From the NCBI GenBank assembly GCA_964016885.1, contig OZ024742.1:57660001-57724000 (forward strand): a stretch of 64,000 bases of DNA. The letters are read 5' to 3'. Source of the stretch: Eledone cirrhosa (Eukaryota). Position 1 is the first letter of the stretch, and the number at the start of each line of letters is the position of its first letter. A program made the position numbers and the translations under genes. The notes beneath the pieces were generated by a model that saw nothing but the letters and a program-made list of their open reading frames with translations, was not told the DNA's origin and searched no databases. Shown in pieces: positions 62,401 to 64,000 of this stretch.

Positions 62401-64000
62401 GATATCTCATGCCATCAAAAATTTGAAGTGAGGAAAAAGCCCTGGACTGGACAACATATACACAGAATTCATCAAAGCTGGAGATGAACCAATTATCAAA
62501 GCACTTCAACATCGCTTTAACTGTATTATCACTACAGGAAAAAGCCCAGACATGATAGTAGTACTCTACAAAAAAGGTAGCAGACTTGATTGTGGGAACT
62601 ATCGTCCTATCAGCTTACTGGGTCACGTTTACAAGCTTTTCATGAGTACCACTGCAGCATGAGTGAAGTCAGACCTTTACGCCTCATTTCCTGAAACACA
62701 AGCCGCATATCAACCTGGAAGAGGCACCATTGAGCAGATCCTAGCTATTGAACAAATCAATAGAATTCAACAACCCTGTGCACATCACCTTCATTGATTT
62801 CACAAAAGCTTTTGACAACGTGAAACTACCCAGCTTGTGGCAACTCTTAAACAAGACCTCAATTAACAAATACATCAACCTATTGAAAGAAACTTACACC
62901 AACTCAACAGCATATATCAAAACAGACTTGGGAACTACATGCTGTATAGACATCTTGAAGGGAGTTAAACAAGGGGATGTACTATCAGCACTTCTTTTCT
63001 GTATAGTTATAGCTGCACTTATCTACCAAACTGAAGAAGGATGCTCCTCTGGCTATCAAATAAGGGGTAAAATCCTATTAAATCTTAGCTATGCAGACGA
63101 TCTGGCCATCATGAGTTACTCTAGAACTAATCTGCAAAACTTTCTGAATGTACTGACCAAATATTCGCTAGAGGCTTACACATCAACATCTCCAAAACAA
63201 AATGTATGACAACTGATAAAAACAATGCCAATCTCTAACTCACAATCTACAACCAGCAAATTGCTCAAGTTATGGAGTTAGTATATCTCAGTCACAAACT
63301 ATCATCAAACAACAATGGAATGGTTGCTGCACAATATCGAATAGCTCTAGGTTGGGCAGCTTTCAACAAGAACAAGGAAGTACTAACATCAAAACAAGTT
63401 ACCTATCATTTGCAGGCTAATATCTTTGATACTTACATCCTACCAGTTCTGTTATATAGTCTTGACTGTGTTAATTGGACGACAAGGTCACTTCAGAAGC
63501 TCTCTACATTCCAGAACCACATCATGAGAGTTATGACTGGCAAGCGGCTCAGTGACCGTATCTGTATCAGTGAGCGGCTCAACATTACCAAACTTAGACC
63601 AATTACATCAATTGTCAAGTCAAGAGTACTCAAACTATATGACCATAAAAAAAGATCAACTCGTGGTGTGAGTAGGTTATACCTGGAAGGAAGGTTGGCT
63701 GATAAGAGAAGCAGAGGCCAGCAGACAAAACGATGGCTTAACAATGTCAACTTATGGACTGGACTTGACCTTTGCTCTTTGAACTCTGCTGTTGGTGATC
63801 AAACTTTGTGGAGAGAGATATCACATGTTAATGCGCGGTCTGCAACTGGCAGAGTTTAGCGTCACAAAAAAAAACAAAAAAAACGTACCTGTTATATTGT
63901 AAAAGAAATGCATCATCAACAACTAAACTAACAAATGTTGGCTTCTGAAGAATCGCAACAGTAACAAAAGGTAGTGGTTCAGCTACAAGTTCCAAATATC
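25296..64000 (-). CDS. CTC1: CST complex subunit CTC1 (5'-partial; 22 exons in window, ~1085 aa)
   Basis: All 21 introns are GT-AG with consistent phases and the joined CDS has no stop. Motifs match human CTC1 as recalled: GLLPGAVVQFDLLQRKVSKKGNVYC (human [25 protein letters not shown]), Zn ribbon CIACGSISCKNQCTNSSC, FLLDDGS, FRVGTVLQLHNVH, ILVGYLSLNPDTGHICIID. Confidence 0.95.
25870..26150 (+). mobile_element. Degenerate RTE 3' fragment
   Basis: Decayed RWYGHV / RVKKCQEFQVE segment and catggaaa tail. Confidence 0.6.
26212..26350 (-). CDS. CTC1: CTC1 exon
   Basis: 139 nt, ..LGQFFNFLCSSSLVKKHW.. Confidence 0.9.
26590..26900 (+). mobile_element. Penelope-like 3' end/LTR remnant with degenerate hammerhead core
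   Basis: TTGATAA-GATTG-ttatac-CAATC-GAAAC at 26759-26786, followed by a T-rich tail. Confidence 0.45.
27184..27334 (-). CDS. CTC1: CTC1 exon
   Basis: 151 nt, FLLDDGSCVVYGYV..ILNLSLKQWNDII. Confidence 0.92.
27970..28215 (-). CDS. CTC1: CTC1 exon (Zn ribbon)
   Basis: 246 nt, ..VLDLSIKTTCIACGSISCKNQCTNSSC.. Confidence 0.92.
28668..28923 (-). CDS. CTC1: CTC1 exon (conserved GLLPG motif)
   Basis: 256 nt, FKITVKD..VNIYLN..LGLLPGAVVQFDLLQRKVSKKGNVYC. Confidence 0.95.
28945..29546 (+). mobile_element. Non-autonomous Helitron
   Basis: A|TC start (tctatatatataaaac), subterminal hairpin cccgtgcaacgctggg, CTAG|T end. Confidence 0.88.
29655..29850 (-). mobile_element. tRNA-derived SINE (Meta-domain-like)
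   Basis: Homologous to 48964-49152. Confidence 0.78.
29940..30230. repeat. (GAT/GGT/AGT)n low-complexity tract
   Basis: Seen directly. Confidence 0.85.
30247..30380 (-). CDS. CTC1: CTC1 exon
   Basis: 134 nt, ITDTIVNLMPVVIMMF..KMAL, phase 2/1. Confidence 0.83.
30585..30935 (-). mobile_element. Old PHD-RTE LINE fragment
   Basis: FKCKVC..VEGVKTFCYLGDML..RVRC. Confidence 0.7.
31088..31305. repeat. ~55-bp tandem repeat x4
   Basis: Unit tgacactagatttggaggatcaaggttgatctgtgaactgctaaccaacaacatt. Confidence 0.9.
31328..31425 (-). CDS. CTC1: CTC1 exon
   Basis: 98 nt, LQWLPNLLKN..YTVSDLLDC, phase 0/2. Confidence 0.85.
31735..32215 (-). mobile_element. RTE 3'UTR-derived element with ~38-bp internal tandem repeats
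   Basis: tggatgcccttcctaacaccaac followed by repeated ttacag.gtggactgg units. Confidence 0.7.
32600..33600 (+). mobile_element. Penelope-like element remnant (thumb, GIY-YIG, LTR)
   Basis: YTKFYRK..IFIHHNSTLP; PNCPI..VCM..VV.KITC; STRRRLHIQIKEH; LRIKEAILI..PEIN. Confidence 0.8.
33745..34449 (+). mobile_element. Internally deleted mariner-like element in (TA)n
   Basis: Imperfect 28-bp TIRs ctttacatagcattaaagtctttagaat / attctaaggaatttattgccatgccaag, TA flanks, transposase tail ..KDVIAFNGDYV. Confidence 0.8.
34663..34848 (-). CDS. CTC1: CTC1 exon
   Basis: 186 nt, TERSCYLLISYE...LDSLYDAK, phase 0/0. Confidence 0.82.
34965..35175 (-). mobile_element. RTE 3'-end fragment with (GAT)n tail
   Basis: catcatcattttacgtccgcttttccctgcttgc...tggatgcccttcctaacacc. 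Confidence 0.75.
35662..36413 (+). mobile_element. RTE 3' fragment flanked by (TA)n
   Basis: FRYLGD..GGGCSE..AMLHGSETW..GRPRKT; ggacgttaaa..gatgat tail. Confidence 0.85.
36432..40470 (-). mobile_element. RTE 3' fragment split by the CR1 insertion (36432-~36715 and ~39728-40470)
   Basis: The 3'UTR part lies left of the CR1 and the coding part right of it; the two parts are colinear with 50730-51532. Confidence 0.8.
36716..39727 (+). mobile_element. CR1-group LINE, nearly intact ORF2 (APE + RT)
   Basis: ITVTETW, RGGGV, VVYRPP, AGDFN, TLDL; DFAKAF, GVPQGSVLGPLLF, YADD, ERDLG, VRPHLE, TRGH. One in-frame TAG at 37346-37348; stop at 39443-39445; duplicated 3'UTR; (ATT)n tail. Confidence 0.93.
40476..41537 (-). 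mobile_element. PHD-RTE LINE 3' fragment
   Basis: CSGAISSSCPQ..FCYLGD..AMLHGSETW..LHWYGHV; (TA)n at its 5' flank. Confidence 0.88.
41915..42305 (-). mobile_element. Degenerate RTE fragment
   Basis: WYRHVMHMDDDCWVKKC..DKWRHAVL. Confidence 0.7.
42377..42477 (-). CDS. CTC1: CTC1 exon
   Basis: 101 nt, KDKITESLSDVIHHHQTVVSFQGDASKWYHTMQ. Confidence 0.88.
42620..42875 (-). mobile_element. tRNA-derived SINE, third family
   Basis: Minus-strand head ggtgcatgacctagtggtttggg...gggtttgattcctgg (A and B boxes). Confidence 0.55.
43058..43413. mobile_element. piggyBac-type MITE
   Basis: TTAA|tcctttc ... gaaaggg|TTAA; internal direct repeat; related sequence at about 44770-44900. Confidence 0.6.
43453..44080 (-). 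CDS. CTC1: CTC1 large exon
   Basis: 628 nt open frame, ILVGYLSLNPDTGHICIIDHF...SKSIE, phase 0/1. Confidence 0.92.
44199..44765 (-). mobile_element. Non-autonomous Helitron
   Basis: Minus-strand 3' end gacccaacgggtc hairpin followed by CTAG; 5' end tatatattactaaaac with (GCTT)n. Confidence 0.65.
45577..45717 (-). CDS. CTC1: CTC1 exon
   Basis: 141 nt, LQTTHISTFVSLNLREEFEELAQ..SWRFRRKFTNK. Confidence 0.82.
45830..46345 (-). repeat. ~38-bp tandem array amplified from the RTE 3'UTR
   Basis: About 11 units of tttgctgtggcaccaacactaccaccttacagtacaaactggg. Confidence 0.85.
46399..46546 (-). CDS. CTC1: CTC1 exon
   Basis: 148 nt, SSEQYDFVWKRIL..RQFIQEFTEYDHCCPVMKKEDISC. Confidence 0.88.
46788..46912 (-). 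CDS. CTC1: CTC1 exon
   Basis: 125 nt, PSEVCTPTVRAMLEHNLKPAEIDTIQSMESHFERIAKTLFI, phase 0/2. Confidence 0.85.
47066..47412. mobile_element. Tc1/mariner-superfamily MITE
   Basis: TA|ctctcaggtcccaaataat ... attattcaagacccgagag|TA. Confidence 0.7.
47957..48037 (-). CDS. CTC1: CTC1 exon
   Basis: 81 nt, ENHVRLYCCARSCIKVLKFTDSISSIL. Confidence 0.88.
48102..48749 (+). mobile_element. Internally deleted Helitron with N-terminal Rep/Hel remnant
   Basis: A|TC start, hairpin plus CTAG|T end, AFQMTSFGAE..FTFKIQGYCYHLISCLLP. Confidence 0.88.
48964..49152 (-). mobile_element. tRNA-derived SINE, best-preserved copy, with 13-bp TSD
   Basis: A-box tggcagtatcgg, B-box gagttcaaatcc, gactttgcctttcatccttacggggttgataaaataaagtacc domain; TSD TACATAGTATAAA (48951-48963, 49153-49165). 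Confidence 0.88.
49448..49547 (-). CDS. CTC1: CTC1 exon
   Basis: 100 nt, LYLLYNLAFVIYKHFRVGTVLQLHNVHQRFSAT. Confidence 0.9.
49771..49840 (-). pseudogene. tRNA-like SINE head / tRNA relic
   Basis: ggtggctctttagcgcaatggttaaaacac..gagggttcaattcct has A and B boxes but no intact cloverleaf. Confidence 0.45.
50410..50465 (-). CDS. CTC1: CTC1 exon
   Basis: 56 nt, GTITGNGVDGVLILDGSI, phase 0/2. Confidence 0.87.
50730..51532 (+). mobile_element. RTE 3' fragment
   Basis: MLHGSETW..YGHVMRM..GRPKKTW; (GAT)n tail. Confidence 0.87.
51535..52260 (-). mobile_element. Penelope-like RT remnant
   Basis: LWGNTDVVIDWVTKIEDKKASKFIQFDIDDYYSCIS; upstream ADKTSNIY motif. Confidence 0.72.
52285..52982 (+). mobile_element. 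RTE 3' fragment (different subfamily)
   Basis: FRYLGD..AMLHGSETW..RRLKWYGHV..GRGRPRKTW; gcggacgtaaaatgatgatg tail. Confidence 0.88.
52987..53544 (-). mobile_element. Internally deleted Helitron with helicase C-terminal remnant
   Basis: TC start, hairpin plus CTAG end, LRNVDP..LCNGT..FAMTVHKAQAQS..THGELYVG. Confidence 0.88.
53893..55118 (+). mobile_element. PHD-RTE LINE, 5'-truncated, open frame, flanked by (TA)n
   Basis: Uninterrupted frame from WSCSVC to the stop at 54723; (GAT)n tail; near-identical to 17771-18990. Confidence 0.92.
55261..55350 (-). CDS. CTC1: CTC1 exon
   Basis: 90 nt, DKLIESLQSENSVRLKNPVCARHSDAISHV. Confidence 0.82.
55715..55807 (-). CDS. CTC1: CTC1 exon
   Basis: 93 nt, AVNSYTPVYVPTRNCRLYVTSHIQPSVCLLK. 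Confidence 0.82.
56352..56435 (-). CDS. CTC1: CTC1 exon
   Basis: 84 nt, NFHLHWQQLVCVGECYTFSSLRPTALVI. Confidence 0.88.
57306..57375 (-). CDS. CTC1: CTC1 exon
   Basis: 70 nt, IKNDYIFFIELVKDKYSIVIVVK, phase 2/0. Confidence 0.87.
57478..57895. repeat. ~110-bp tandem repeat x4 (related unit at 30437-30570)
   Basis: Unit cagctcacacctatgtaggtttagct..aggtttcttg..ttttaatgataggg. Confidence 0.85.
58365..58430 (-). CDS. CTC1: CTC1 exon
   Basis: 66 nt, SKFNLTNTSVIGVVSSISEIA, phase 2/2. Confidence 0.85.
58672..60475 (+). mobile_element. CR1-group LINE second copy, 5'-truncated, internal deletion
   Basis: Colinear with 37365-39720 but lacking 438 bp of RT; stops and frameshifts present. Confidence 0.92.
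60570..63884 (+). mobile_element. Near-full-length decayed RTE-clade LINE (APE + RT)
   Basis: FNICTY..LSETK, IQCYFPT, MGDFN, KNQIDFI, SDH, KSPGLDNI, NYRPISL, IDFTKAFD, GVKQGDVLS, SYADD; A-rich 3' end. Confidence 0.9.
63889..64000 (-). CDS. CTC1: CTC1 exon (cut by window edge)
   Basis: YLELVAEPLPFVTVAILQKPTFVSLVVDDAFLLQYN; donor GTACGT. Confidence 0.8.

Overview
AT-rich, repeat-dense animal genomic DNA. The SINE, RTE and microsatellite content resembles coleoid cephalopod (octopus-like) genomes; this is inference. Two spliced host genes lie on the minus strand. SUB1/PC4 is complete (4 coding exons, 115 aa, 12228-15177). CTC1 of the telomere CST complex has 22 phase-consistent GT-AG exons (25296-64000, about 1085 aa) and its 5' end lies outside the window. 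The first 9.7 kb is a head-to-tail array of three Tx1/L1-clade LINEs, each bounded by (GATA)n. One has a 17-bp TSD that places the nick inside the microsatellite. These LINEs also carry a conserved splice donor at the ORF1 stop and a phase-matched acceptor at the ORF2 end. The rest contains a PHD-finger RTE family often flanked by (TA)n, a nearly intact CR1-group LINE, a decayed near-full-length RTE, Dong/R4 and Penelope remnants, Helitrons, hAT/mariner/piggyBac MITEs and tRNA-derived SINEs. There is also a hammerhead ribozyme motif inside an inverted repeat at about 21.0 kb. All calls were made by eye; protein comparisons are to sequences recalled from memory, not database searches.
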